DNA of 64,000 nucleotides from Fidelibacterota bacterium. GTDB taxonomy: Bacteria; Fidelibacterota; Marinisomatia; SCGC-AAA003-L08; JACNLC01. Location of the stretch: positions 3,033 through 67,032 of the forward strand of contig JACNLC010000044.1 in the NCBI GenBank assembly GCA_014381725.1, read 5' to 3'. Of the stretch, positions 22,346 through 32,447 are shown in pieces; position 1 is the first letter of the stretch, and every line of letters begins with the position of its first letter. Under the pieces are notes generated by a model, which made no database searches, was not told the origin of the DNA, and saw nothing but the letters and a program-made list of their open reading frames with translations. Position numbers and translations under genes: made by a program.

Positions 22346-24610
22346 TTATTCGTCTTGAAATCGTGAAAATGGACTTTGATGTTTACTACACGCACCTTTT
22401 GGTTGATTGTCTGTCATAAATATCTCGGTCATTCGAGTATCTCCAGGGCACCAGCGAGTTGTTTTTTCGTAAGTTTCCGTACAAATCTCAAGTTCTACAA
22501 TGCCATCAGGTCGTTCCCAATCTTCTTCAGGATATCCTTTTACTGCATAAATCTGTTTGATTGCTTTTGCCCAAATCGGAAGTGCTGCCACCGACCCAAA
22601 TTGTTTTTCTCCCAGCGAAACAGATGGGTCATCAACACCAACCCAAACTCCCATAGCAATTTGCGGAGTATAACCTACAAACCAAGCATCGGTTTTGCTG
22701 TCTGTTGTTCCGGTTTTACCAGCAGCTGGTCTTTTAAATTTATATTTCCAGCGTAATGCTCCACCAGTACCTGCGTCAACTACAGATCGCATCATATCTC
22801 GTAATAAATAAATAGTTGCTTCGTCTTTTATTTCTGAAGAATTTGGAATAAATTGACTAAATATTTCTTTCAATTTCTCCTCTTTATTTTCTTTTTCTTT
22901 ATAAGATATTCGGTGTAAACGGTAATCATCATCAATTCTCTTTTTGATAACTTCATGCATATTCGATCCGTATTGATCTTCAATTTTTGTTATAGCAAAA
23001 GGTCTAGAATAAATTCCATTATTTGCAAAAACTGAATATGCAGATGTAATCTCCAACGGATAAACCTCAGATACACCCAAAGCAATGGATTCAAAAGCTC
23101 TGATATTTGTTGTCAATCCAAACAATTTTGCATTTTCTTTCACTTCTTTTGGAGTAACCAATTCTTGCACAACCCTTACTGATACTAAATTGAGAGATCT
23201 ACGCAAACCATCTCTAAGAGTTGTGAGTAATCCAGTAGAACCGTCGTGATTTTGTGGATTCCATAGAGTTGTATCATCAATAAATTTCACAAGTGGTTGA
23301 TTTAATAATTGAGTAGTAGGTTTGTGCTTATTCTCAAGTGCAGTCAAATAAATAAACGGCTTAAAAACAGAACCTGGTTGCCGTTTTGCTTGAACAGAAC
23401 GATTGAAATGGTCAACATATTCGTCTTCTTGTCTTCCGCCAATCATTCCTAGGATATATCCATTTTTTGGATTTATTACAACAGCTGCTCCTTGCACCAA
23501 AAACTGATTTCGTAAAACTCCAGGTATAGTTTTGGAGTTTGATAGTATTTGTTTTACAGAATCTATATCAAAACCAGATGGTTTTAGTGCATTTTCCAGC
23601 TTTTCTTTATTGTTTAGAAATTCGTTATTTAGAACGCTCTGGTTTTTATCCATCCCTGATAGAAAAGCATCTTCTAGAGCTTTTTGGATTTCCATATCTA
23701 AGGTTGTATGTATAACTAGACCATCTCGATATAAATTGATTCCTAGTTCTTCATCAATTTTCTCTAATTCCCTACGAATATATTCAGAAAAATAAGGAGC
23801 ATGACCAAGATCTTCAGTATCGGTCTTTTCGGATAATGGACTTGATTTCACAATTTCAAATTCTGAATCGCTGATATATTCTCTTCTGTTCATAACAGAA
23901 AGCACTAAATTTCTCCTCCAATTTGCTTTTTCAGGATGGTTTACTGGAGAATAGTGTGCTGGTGCAGGGAGTAATCCTATTAAAGTAGCACATTCATTTA
24001 AATTTAGTTCATTTACATTCTTTCCAAAATAATATTTTGATGCAGTTTGGACACCATATGTTCCGTGTCCAAAATATACAGAATTTAGATATAATTCCAT
24101 AATTTCGGATTTTGTGTAAGTTTTCTCAATTTGTATTGCTGTTAGAAGTTCTTTTAGTTTTCTAGTTATTGTTTTTTGGAAGCCGATAGTGTCGTACATA
24201 TTTCTAGCAAGTTGCTGGGTAATTGTACTTGCACCCTGTTTTCTACTCATTGTTACAATATCAATTATAACTGCTCTTAATATCCCACGAATACTCACCC
24301 CAGAATGATCATAAAATCTATGGTCTTCCATAGAAATTAGTGCGTTAATTAAATTTCTTGGAATTTTACCAATTGGAACAACATCTCTTTTAAATGTGTA
24401 GAGTTCTTTAATTAATTGCCCATCAGTGGACATTATTTTTGTAACGGTTTCGGGATTAAATTGGCGGAGCTTAGTAAGTGACGGTAAATCTTCTGCAAGA
24501 ATAATTAAGTAAATAATTCCACCCAAAAACAATGTAAATAAAAACAAAAAGGTGTTGATGAACACCTTTTTCCAATTTTTTTTATTTTTGATTGTCACTT
24601 TACTTCCCAA
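22346..24610 (-). CDS. mrcA: Penicillin-binding protein 1A (bifunctional transglycosylase/transpeptidase)
   Basis: 754 aa. GT51 motifs EDHRFYDHSGV and GASTITQQLARN. Transpeptidase motifs SVFKP and KTGTT. The true start is probably the GTG at 24598, overlapping the korB stop (GTGA), rather than the TTG at 24610. Confidence 0.92.
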   Translation of the reverse strand: MGSKVTIKNKKNWKKVFINTFLFLFTLFLGGIIYLIILAEDLPSLTKLRQFNPETVTKIMSTDGQLIKELYTFKRDVVPIGKIPRNLINALISMEDHRFYDHSGVSIRGILRAVIIDIVTMSRKQGASTITQQLARNMYDTIGFQKTITRKLKELLTAIQIEKTYTKSEIMELYLNSVYFGHGTYGVQTASKYYFGKNVNELNLNECATLIGLLPAPAHYSPVNHPEKANWRRNLVLSVMNRREYISDSEFEIVKSSPLSEKTDTEDLGHAPYFSEYIRRELEKIDEELGINLYRDGLVIHTTLDMEIQKALEDAFLSGMDKNQSVLNNEFLNNKEKLENALKPSGFDIDSVKQILSNSKTIPGVLRNQFLVQGAAVVINPKNGYILGMIGGRQEDEYVDHFNRSVQAKRQPGSVFKPFIYLTALENKHKPTTQLLNQPLVKFIDDTTLWNPQNHDGSTGLLTTLRDGLRRSLNLVSVRVVQELVTPKEVKENAKLFGLTTNIRAFESIALGVSEVYPLEITSAYSVFANNGIYSRPFAITKIEDQYGSNMHEVIKKRIDDDYRLHRISYKEKENKEEKLKEIFSQFIPNSSEIKDEATIYLLRDMMRSVVDAGTGGALRWKYKFKRPAAGKTGTTDSKTDAWFVGYTPQIAMGVWVGVDDPSVSLGEKQFGSVAALPIWAKAIKQIYAVKGYPEEDWERPDGIVELEICTETYEKTTRWCPGDTRMTEIFMTDNQPKGACSKHQSPFSRFQDE

Positions 24611-25614
24611 GTATGTCCTTCGTGGAATAATTTATCTAGTTTACCCTTCCCTTTTTGTAATTTTGCGTTATCAATTTGTTCCATCATCATTTCTTCATAA
24701 GATGATTTATCTTCGCGATACAAAATGCCAATTGGAGTAGGAAATCCATCTTCATATGTGAGTTCACTAAGCAATAGTCCTTTAATTTTATTGGTCTCAT
24801 CGTGAACAAGTACATCAGAAAGATTGTATTTATCTCCGATAGTTACTACTTTTAACTTTGAACCGACTAAACACAAACCTTTGTTTCTATCTTTACCAAA
24901 AACCATTGGTTTTCCTTGTTCAAGAACAAGAACATTATTTTGTTTTTCCATTTTATCTGTTAAACTGGAAAATACTCCATCGTTAAATATCACACAATTT
25001 TGATAAATTTCAACAAAAGAAGTACCTTTATGTGCGTGAGCTGCCTTCATCAATTCCTGCAAATGTTTTTGTTCACGGTCAATTCCTCTTGCGATAAATG
25101 TTCCAGCTGCCCCCAAAGCTAACTGAGGTGGATTAAACGGATAATCTACAGTACCATGAGGTGATGATTTTGTTCTTTTACCAAGCTCAGTTGTTGGTGA
25201 ATATTGACCTTTAGTTAACCCATAAATTCTGTTATTAAACATCAGAATATTAATGTCTAAATTCCTTCGCAATATGTGAATAAAATGGTTTCCTCCAATT
25301 GCCATAGCATCGCCATCACCTGTAACCATCCAAACTGACAACTCTGGATTGGACAATTTTGCACCAGAAGCAAGAGCAGGTGCTCGGCCGTGTACGCTAT
25401 GAAATCCGTATGTATCCATATAGTAAGGAAATCGACTGGAACATCCAATTCCTGATACTACTAGAAAATTCTCTTTAGGAATTCCTAGTTGTGGAAAAAC
25501 TTTTTGAACTTGTGATAAAATTGCATAATCACCACAACCAGGGCACCAACGAACTTCTTGATCAGAAACAAAATCTTTTTTCGTCAATGGAATTGCTATA
25601 TTATTTTTGTCCAT
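24595..25614 (-). CDS. korB: 2-oxoglutarate/2-oxoacid:ferredoxin oxidoreductase, beta (TPP-binding) subunit
   Basis: 339 aa. WCPGCGDY and GDGDAMAIGGNH TPP-binding motifs. Confidence 0.9.
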   Translation of the reverse strand: MDKNNIAIPLTKKDFVSDQEVRWCPGCGDYAILSQVQKVFPQLGIPKENFLVVSGIGCSSRFPYYMDTYGFHSVHGRAPALASGAKLSNPELSVWMVTGDGDAMAIGGNHFIHILRRNLDINILMFNNRIYGLTKGQYSPTTELGKRTKSSPHGTVDYPFNPPQLALGAAGTFIARGIDREQKHLQELMKAAHAHKGTSFVEIYQNCVIFNDGVFSSLTDKMEKQNNVLVLEQGKPMVFGKDRNKGLCLVGSKLKVVTIGDKYNLSDVLVHDETNKIKGLLLSELTYEDGFPTPIGILYREDKSSYEEMMMEQIDNAKLQKGKGKLDKLFHEGHTWEVK

Positions 25615-25620
25615 TTGCTA

Positions 25621-27471
25621 TTATCCCTTTACAACTTCTTGTATTTTGTCAAAGATTTCGTGAACAGTTAGTGGCCTACCTTGAATAATGTTAAATCCTT
25701 CTGAATTAACCAAAAATTTAGCTCTGATAATAGTATTTAGTTGACCAGAATTTACTTCAGGAATTAAGATATTTTTGAACCCTTTGAGTAATGTTTTAAG
25801 ATTTTTTGGAAATGGATTTAAATGCATTAAATGAACATGAGAAACCTTTTGACCGTTTGAAATACATTTTTTAACCGCTGTACGAATTGCACCATAAGTG
25901 CTCCCCCAACCAAGCACAAGCAAATCACCACTCTCTTCGCCAAGAGGAACAGCGTTTGGAATGTTGTCAGCAATAATATCAACTTTTTTCTGCCTAAGCT
26001 CTGTCATATATTGGTGATTTTCTGCTTCGTAATTAACATTACCACTACCTTCAGTTTTTTCTAAACCACCAATTCTATGTTCCATGCCAGGTGTACCGGG
26101 AATCCCCCAAGGTCTAGCAAGAGTTTTTTCATCGTGAGATAATGGTAAGAAATTCTCAGCATCAGTTGTTTGGTGATGATTAATTGCAGGAAGTTCATCA
26201 TATTTGGGAATCAACCAAGGTTCAGAACCATTCCCCAAAAATCCATCAGTTAGTAGAATTACAGGAATCATATGCTCTAATGCAATTCTGCTTGCTTCAT
26301 AAGCTGCTTCAAAGCAATGAGTTGGAGTTGATGCAGAAACAACAGCAATTGGTGTTTCTCCATTTCTCCCAAACATAGCTTGATACAAGTCAGACTGCTC
26401 AGTTTTAGTTGGCAATCCTGTTGACGGACCACCTCGTTGAACATTTACGATTACCATTGGAATTTCAGCAGAAACAGCAAGTGTAAGTGCTTCAGTTTTA
26501 AGTGCCATTCCAGGACCACTAGTTGCAGTAACGGCAAAACTCCCTGCATATGCAGCCCCTATTGAGCTAACTACACCAGCAATTTCGTCCTCAGCTTGAA
26601 ATGTTTTTACCCCAAAATTCTTATAAGATGCCAAATAATGCAAAATATCACTAGCTGGAGTAATTGGATAACCACCGTAAAATAATTCCAAACCAGCTTT
26701 TTCTGATGCTGCAAGCAACCCAAAGGTAATTGCTTGATTTCCCATAATGTTACGGTAGGTTCCCTTCTTAAATTTAGCTTTTGGAATCCTATAAGATGTT
26801 TTTATAATTTCAAGTGTTTCACCATAGTTATATCCAGCCTTTAGCGCACGAGTATTAGACTCAATTACATCAAGTTTTTTAGCAAATTTACTTTTTAGAA
26901 ATTTTATTGTAGAATCTATATTTCTATCGTAAAGCCAATACAAAAATCCTAATGCAAACATATTAATGCTTCTCTTAATAATTTTTGGAGATAATCCTAA
27001 ATTGCCTGTTGCATCGGTTACCAATTGTGCCATGTCTACTTTGATCAATCGGTAATTATTAAGAGATTTGTCTTCTAGTGGATTTTCCTTCCATCCTGCA
27101 AGTTTTAGATTTTTTTTAGAAAATCCAGCTGTATTTATAAGCAGAATCCCGTGATCTTTCAGATCTTTTAAATGGACCTTCATTGCTGCAGGATTCATAG
27201 CCACTAAAACATCGAGTTTGTCACCTGGTGTATGGATATCCAAACTACTAAATTGTATCTGAAACGAACTTACTCCGGCAAGTGTACCAAGTGGAGCTCG
27301 TATTTCAGATGGATAGTCAGGGAAAGTTGATAAATCATTACCAACAATCGCGGTGTTATCCGAGAATTGCGTGCCAGTTAGTTGCATTCCGTCACCTGAA
27401 TCCCCAGCAAATCTAATAGTTACTACTTCAAGATTTTCTCTCTGCTGAGAACTTCTGTCAACATCATTCAT
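25621..27471 (-). CDS. korA: 2-oxoglutarate/2-oxoacid:ferredoxin oxidoreductase, alpha subunit (gamma-alpha fusion type)
   Basis: 616 aa. N-terminal gamma-like domain (IRFAGDSGDGMQLTG) followed by the alpha domain (GYPITPASDI, TSGPGMALK). Confidence 0.9.
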   Translation of the reverse strand: MNDVDRSSQQRENLEVVTIRFAGDSGDGMQLTGTQFSDNTAIVGNDLSTFPDYPSEIRAPLGTLAGVSSFQIQFSSLDIHTPGDKLDVLVAMNPAAMKVHLKDLKDHGILLINTAGFSKKNLKLAGWKENPLEDKSLNNYRLIKVDMAQLVTDATGNLGLSPKIIKRSINMFALGFLYWLYDRNIDSTIKFLKSKFAKKLDVIESNTRALKAGYNYGETLEIIKTSYRIPKAKFKKGTYRNIMGNQAITFGLLAASEKAGLELFYGGYPITPASDILHYLASYKNFGVKTFQAEDEIAGVVSSIGAAYAGSFAVTATSGPGMALKTEALTLAVSAEIPMVIVNVQRGGPSTGLPTKTEQSDLYQAMFGRNGETPIAVVSASTPTHCFEAAYEASRIALEHMIPVILLTDGFLGNGSEPWLIPKYDELPAINHHQTTDAENFLPLSHDEKTLARPWGIPGTPGMEHRIGGLEKTEGSGNVNYEAENHQYMTELRQKKVDIIADNIPNAVPLGEESGDLLVLGWGSTYGAIRTAVKKCISNGQKVSHVHLMHLNPFPKNLKTLLKGFKNILIPEVNSGQLNTIIRAKFLVNSEGFNIIQGRPLTVHEIFDKIQEVVKG

Positions 27472-27772
27472 ATTTTTAGTTTCTCAATTATCTGTTTTCT
27501 TATGGTGATTATTTGTAAAAATAACATGTTTACAAGTAGATAAAATTACCGTGCATTATATGACTATAACAAAATCAAATTTAAGTTTGCTAAAATAATA
27601 AATACGCCATGAACCATCATCATAAACTTTGATGATATATTTTAATAAGAGTTACAAGAAAATCCCCAAATTGGTTGGAATTATTCTTTTAAGTCTTCAT
27701 ACAATATGTTGTAAACTTGCGTGGTCTCAAAGTAGAAAAATTGAGTATTATAAATCAACTTAGGAATTTCTT

Positions 27773-29815
27773 ATGTCAAATGTAAATAACCCATTCTTGC
27801 AAGAGAATAATCTGAAATATAATGTAAAACCTTTCGATAAGATTAGGACTGAACATTTTATGCCTGCAATTGAATCAACAATGGCAACCGCAAAAGAAAA
27901 TATTACTGTAATAAAAAATAATACAGCAACTCCAGATTTTGAAAATACAATCCTAGCATTAGAAACTTGTTCAGAAGACTTGGATACAATTATTGGAACT
28001 TATTTCAATCTTTATAGTGCTGAATCTGATGGACAGTTTAAAGAGCTAGCACAACGAATTTCTCCTATGATGGCTGAATTTAGCAACAATATCATATTAG
28101 ACGAAGTTCTATTTGAAAAAGTAAAATCAGTTTATGAAAATATTGATTCACTAAATTTAAATAATGAGCAAATTAGATTGACTGAGAAAAAATATCTAGG
28201 TTTTGTGCGAAATGGAGCAAATTTGGACGAAATCAAAAAAATAGAATTAAGAAAACTCAACCAAGAGCTATCTAAATTGAGTCCACAATTTTCAAAAAAT
28301 GTGTTAGATGCTACTAACGATTTTGAACTTCACATTACTAATAAAGTTGAACTTTCTGGATTACCAGAATCTGCATTATCTGCAGCAGAAAATTCTGCAA
28401 AACTCAAAGGTAAAGATAGTGGTTGGTTATTCACTCTTCAAATGCCAAGCTGGTTACCAATAATGAAATATGCTGATAATCGTAAAATCAGAAAGGCAAT
28501 TTCTACTGCACTAGGTACTTTATCTGTTGGAGGGAAATTTGATAATAGTGGAATATTAAAACAAATTGCAAAACTTAAACACGCAAAAGCTCAGTTGCTT
28601 GGATTTGAATCTCATGCTGATTATACACTTCAAGAACGAATGGCAAAAAAAACTGATGTAGTTATGGCATTCTTGGACGAAGTAAAAGAAACTGCAATGC
28701 CAACTGCAAAAAAGGATGTTGCAGAAGTTAGTTTATTGGCAAAAGAATTGGATGATATAGATGACTTTAGTTCTTGGGATTTTATTTATTATTCTGAAAA
28801 ACTCAAACAAAAGAAATTTGATTATGACGAAGAAGAACTTCGACCATATTTTAAAATTGAAAATGTATTTGATGGAATTTTTACAATTGCAAACAAATTA
28901 TATGGCATCACTTTCAAACAATTAACCGATATACCAGTTTATCATTCAGATGTTTTAGTTTACGAAGTTACAAATGATAATGGTGATTTTGTTGGCTTAT
29001 TCTATATGGATATGTTCCCGCGAGAAACAAAACGGAACGGTGCGTGGATGACGACTTTTCGGGAACAGGGGTTGTACAAAGGTGAAATAATTAGACCACA
29101 TGTTTCTATTGTTGCAAATTTAACTCCATCGACACCAGACAAACCTTCTTTGTTAGATTTATCAGAAGTTAGAACAATATTCCACGAGTTTGGACATGCA
29201 CTGCACGGCTTACTTTCAGATTGTTCGTATCAATCGTTGGCAAGTCCAAATGTTTATTGGGATTTTGTGGAGCTTCCATCTCAGATAATGGAAAATTGGT
29301 TGTTAGAAAAAGAGGCATTAGACATTTTCGCCAAACATTATGAAACTGGTGAAACAATTCCTCAAGAGCAAATTGAAAAAATTAAAAGTGTACAACATTT
29401 TAATGCAGGATATCAAAGTACAAGGCAAGTAACTCTAGGTTTGATTGATATGGCTTGGCATACTCAAGATACTTCTTTTGTTGAGAGTGTAGAAGATTTT
29501 GAAAATTCCATTATTGAAGAGTTGAGACTATTACCTAAAGTTGAAGGTGCTAATACATCCTGTAGTTTTGGACATATTTTTGGAGGGGGATATTCCGCTG
29601 GGTATTATTCATACAAATGGGCTGAAGTATTGGATGCTGATGCTTTTGAATTATTCAAAGAAAAAGGAATTTTTAATCAAGAAATAGCAGAATCATTCAA
29701 AAATAATATTTTATCTAGAGGTAATACAGCTCATCCTATGGATTTGTACTTAAAATTTCGAGGACAAAAACCAGATCCCAAAGCGTTATTTAGGAGAGAT
29801 GGTTTTATTAAGTAG
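27773..29815 (+). CDS. dcp: Peptidyl-dipeptidase Dcp / oligopeptidase A (M3A)
   Basis: 680 aa. N-terminus NPFL...PFDKIRTEHFMPAIE resembles Dcp. HEFGHALH zinc motif with ELPSQIMENW. Confidence 0.85.
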   Translation: MSNVNNPFLQENNLKYNVKPFDKIRTEHFMPAIESTMATAKENITVIKNNTATPDFENTILALETCSEDLDTIIGTYFNLYSAESDGQFKELAQRISPMMAEFSNNIILDEVLFEKVKSVYENIDSLNLNNEQIRLTEKKYLGFVRNGANLDEIKKIELRKLNQELSKLSPQFSKNVLDATNDFELHITNKVELSGLPESALSAAENSAKLKGKDSGWLFTLQMPSWLPIMKYADNRKIRKAISTALGTLSVGGKFDNSGILKQIAKLKHAKAQLLGFESHADYTLQERMAKKTDVVMAFLDEVKETAMPTAKKDVAEVSLLAKELDDIDDFSSWDFIYYSEKLKQKKFDYDEEELRPYFKIENVFDGIFTIANKLYGITFKQLTDIPVYHSDVLVYEVTNDNGDFVGLFYMDMFPRETKRNGAWMTTFREQGLYKGEIIRPHVSIVANLTPSTPDKPSLLDLSEVRTIFHEFGHALHGLLSDCSYQSLASPNVYWDFVELPSQIMENWLLEKEALDIFAKHYETGETIPQEQIEKIKSVQHFNAGYQSTRQVTLGLIDMAWHTQDTSFVESVEDFENSIIEELRLLPKVEGANTSCSFGHIFGGGYSAGYYSYKWAEVLDADAFELFKEKGIFNQEIAESFKNNILSRGNTAHPMDLYLKFRGQKPDPKALFRRDGFIK

Positions 29816-30002
29816 GGAAATTCGTAATATTTAAAAATTAGTTGTAAATTATCAGACCTTCCCAAGGTCGTAATAAACTATATAAATCCATAAATCGCAA
29901 AATAATAAAATTCCTTAGTTTAGGTAAACATACTAGGATGTTTACAAGGAATTTGGCTAACTAGTTTGGTTAGAGTCCTTAATTATAAAAATAGTTAAGG
30001 TT

Positions 30003-32261
30003 ATGGGAAATAAAAAGAAAATTCAGTTTCTATTTTTGTTGGTATTTTCAGCATTAATAGGTCAAACTCAAATTGTGATTGGAGAGGGCTTGATTGGACA
30101 AGATCTTCTCGATTATCTTGTTGCAAATTATAAACCATCAAATACACTTGGTTATGATAATGCAAGAGAAAAGCTCTATGGTGAAATAGATATCCAAAAT
30201 GGAAATCAACTAATTGGAGTTTATTCAGGTTATACAATCACAATTTCTGATTTGCAAAATCCTCTTGCTGAAGTAACTGAACAGGGAATGAATTGTGAAC
30301 ATACTTGGCCACAGAGTTATGGTGCAGGTTCACAACCTCAAAGAAGCGATATGCACCATCTTTATCCGACTCGTTTGGAAGTAAATTCTTCACGAAACAA
30401 TGCTCCATTTTACGAAATTAATGATTACAATACTGACACTTGGTTTAGAAATGATTATTCTCAATCAACAATACCATCAAGTAATATTAATGAATATAGC
30501 GAGAAAGATAACGATACTCCTGATAAATTTGAACCAAGAGAAGACCATAAAGGAAATGCCGCTCGTTCGATTTATTATTTTTACACAATGTATCAAGATG
30601 TTGCAGATGAAACTTTCTTTAATCAACAGAAAAACACATTGAAAGATTGGAATTCGATTGATATCGTTGACATTAGAGAATATGATAGGACAATGGCAAT
30701 TGCAGGTTATCAAAGCGGTAAAGCAAATCCATTTGTACTAGATTCTACTCTCATAAAAAGAATTTGGTTTTTTGAAGAAGTTGATCCCGCAAAAAATATT
30801 GTAATAAATGAATTGCACTATAACCCATCACCAGATCAGGGTAGTGATGATGACTATGAGTTTTTAGAATTATATAATCTGGAAAATGAACCAGTAAATT
30901 TGAATGGGTATTATTTTTCAAGTGGTATTTTATATTCGTTTTCTGAAGCAGATATAGTTCAAGCGGATAGTTATTTGATATTGGCAAAAAATGGATCAAC
31001 TTATTCTAATAGTATCGAGTGGACATCAGGCAATTTGGGAAACACTGGAGAAACAATTACATTGGTAAATCCAGATGGGTTAATTGTTGATCAAGTAGAT
31101 TATGGGAATTCCAGTCCGTGGCCATCAGAACCAAATGGTGTTGGTCCATCTTTAGAATTGATCAATGTGGAATCCGATAATAATTTACCATCCAACTGGT
31201 TAGAAAGCTTAGAAACAGGTGGGACTCCTGGATATCCAAATTCAGTATCAAACACCGATTCCTATTTACAGATTATTTTACCAAATGGTGGAGAGTCTTT
31301 GTATATTGGGCAAACCACGAATATTGAATGGATTGCATACAATATTAATGAGGATATTCAAATTTCACTTTACGAAAATGGAGAAGCAACAGATGTTTTA
31401 GCAGTTGTTTCATCGCAACAATTCCAGTTTGAGTGGGAAGTAACTGAGACATTGATCATATCAGAATTTTATCAAATTGCTATTAACGATATTTCCACAA
31501 ACGAAATTTTAGATATTAGCGATTCTTATTTTTCAATATCTTACGAGAACCAACAAGGTAGTGATTTAATTATTTCTGAATATTGCGAGGGATCTAGCTA
31601 TAATAAATATTTGGAAATATTCAATCCAACCAACGAGAGTATAAATTTAAGTAATTATCAAATTTGGAAAATCACTAATGGTGGTGAATGGTTTGAATTT
31701 TCTCTTTCGTTAACTGGAGCAGTTTCGTCAAACGATGTTTATGTAATTTATCACAGTGATTCAGACCCTGAGATTGTACAAAATGGTGATATTACTTGGA
31801 CACAAGCAAATTGGAATGGTGATGATGCTGTTGGCTTAGCAAAAAATGGAGAACTAATTGATGTTGTTGGTGTTTCAGGTGTTGCTCCAAACACTGCTTG
31901 GAGCGTTTCCGGAGTTGAAAATGGGACAAAAGATCACACACTTGTTCGCAAACCTGAAATTATTATTGGAGAAACAGATTGGTCAATATCATCTGATTCT
32001 CATTGGATTGTATATTCACAAGATAATTTTGATTATTTAGGATTCCATACAATTGAGACAGACCAATGTGCACAGATATTACTTGGTGATTTTAATTTAG
32101 ATGAAGTTGTTGATTTGTATGATGTTCTTGGGATCGTAGATATCATACTAGGATACACTTCTCCAACTGATCTTGAAATATGTGCATCTGATCTAAACCA
32201 AAATGATAACATAGAAATTATAGATGTAGTTTTGGTAGTTGATTTAATCATTAATAGATAA
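30003..32261 (+). CDS. Secreted endonuclease I-family nuclease fused to two lamin-tail (LTD) domains and a C-terminal dockerin-like module
   Basis: 752 aa with a signal peptide. Endonuclease I motifs NCEHTWPQS and DMHHLYPTRLEVNSSRNN. LTD-like segments VINELHYNPS...YEFLELYN and LIISEYCEGSSYNKYLEIFNPT. The C-terminus has two Ca-loop repeats, DFNLDEVVDLYD and DLNQNDNIEIID. Confidence 0.75.
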   Translation: MGNKKKIQFLFLLVFSALIGQTQIVIGEGLIGQDLLDYLVANYKPSNTLGYDNAREKLYGEIDIQNGNQLIGVYSGYTITISDLQNPLAEVTEQGMNCEHTWPQSYGAGSQPQRSDMHHLYPTRLEVNSSRNNAPFYEINDYNTDTWFRNDYSQSTIPSSNINEYSEKDNDTPDKFEPREDHKGNAARSIYYFYTMYQDVADETFFNQQKNTLKDWNSIDIVDIREYDRTMAIAGYQSGKANPFVLDSTLIKRIWFFEEVDPAKNIVINELHYNPSPDQGSDDDYEFLELYNLENEPVNLNGYYFSSGILYSFSEADIVQADSYLILAKNGSTYSNSIEWTSGNLGNTGETITLVNPDGLIVDQVDYGNSSPWPSEPNGVGPSLELINVESDNNLPSNWLESLETGGTPGYPNSVSNTDSYLQIILPNGGESLYIGQTTNIEWIAYNINEDIQISLYENGEATDVLAVVSSQQFQFEWEVTETLIISEFYQIAINDISTNEILDISDSYFSISYENQQGSDLIISEYCEGSSYNKYLEIFNPTNESINLSNYQIWKITNGGEWFEFSLSLTGAVSSNDVYVIYHSDSDPEIVQNGDITWTQANWNGDDAVGLAKNGELIDVVGVSGVAPNTAWSVSGVENGTKDHTLVRKPEIIIGETDWSISSDSHWIVYSQDNFDYLGFHTIETDQCAQILLGDFNLDEVVDLYDVLGIVDIILGYTSPTDLEICASDLNQNDNIEIIDVVLVVDLIINR

Positions 32262-32447
32262 ATTGTAAGTTTCAAAAAGTAATTAGAACATTCGTCCGAA
32301 ACATTGTAAACTTGGCGTGTTAATTTTCCGTAGAAATACGATAAATCGATAAAATAATAACAACTATTTTCTGAATGTAAACTTATTCAAAATAGAATTC
32401 AGCAATTTAGTTACGAAGAAAAGAGGAGAAAAGTCATTAATAAGAAA

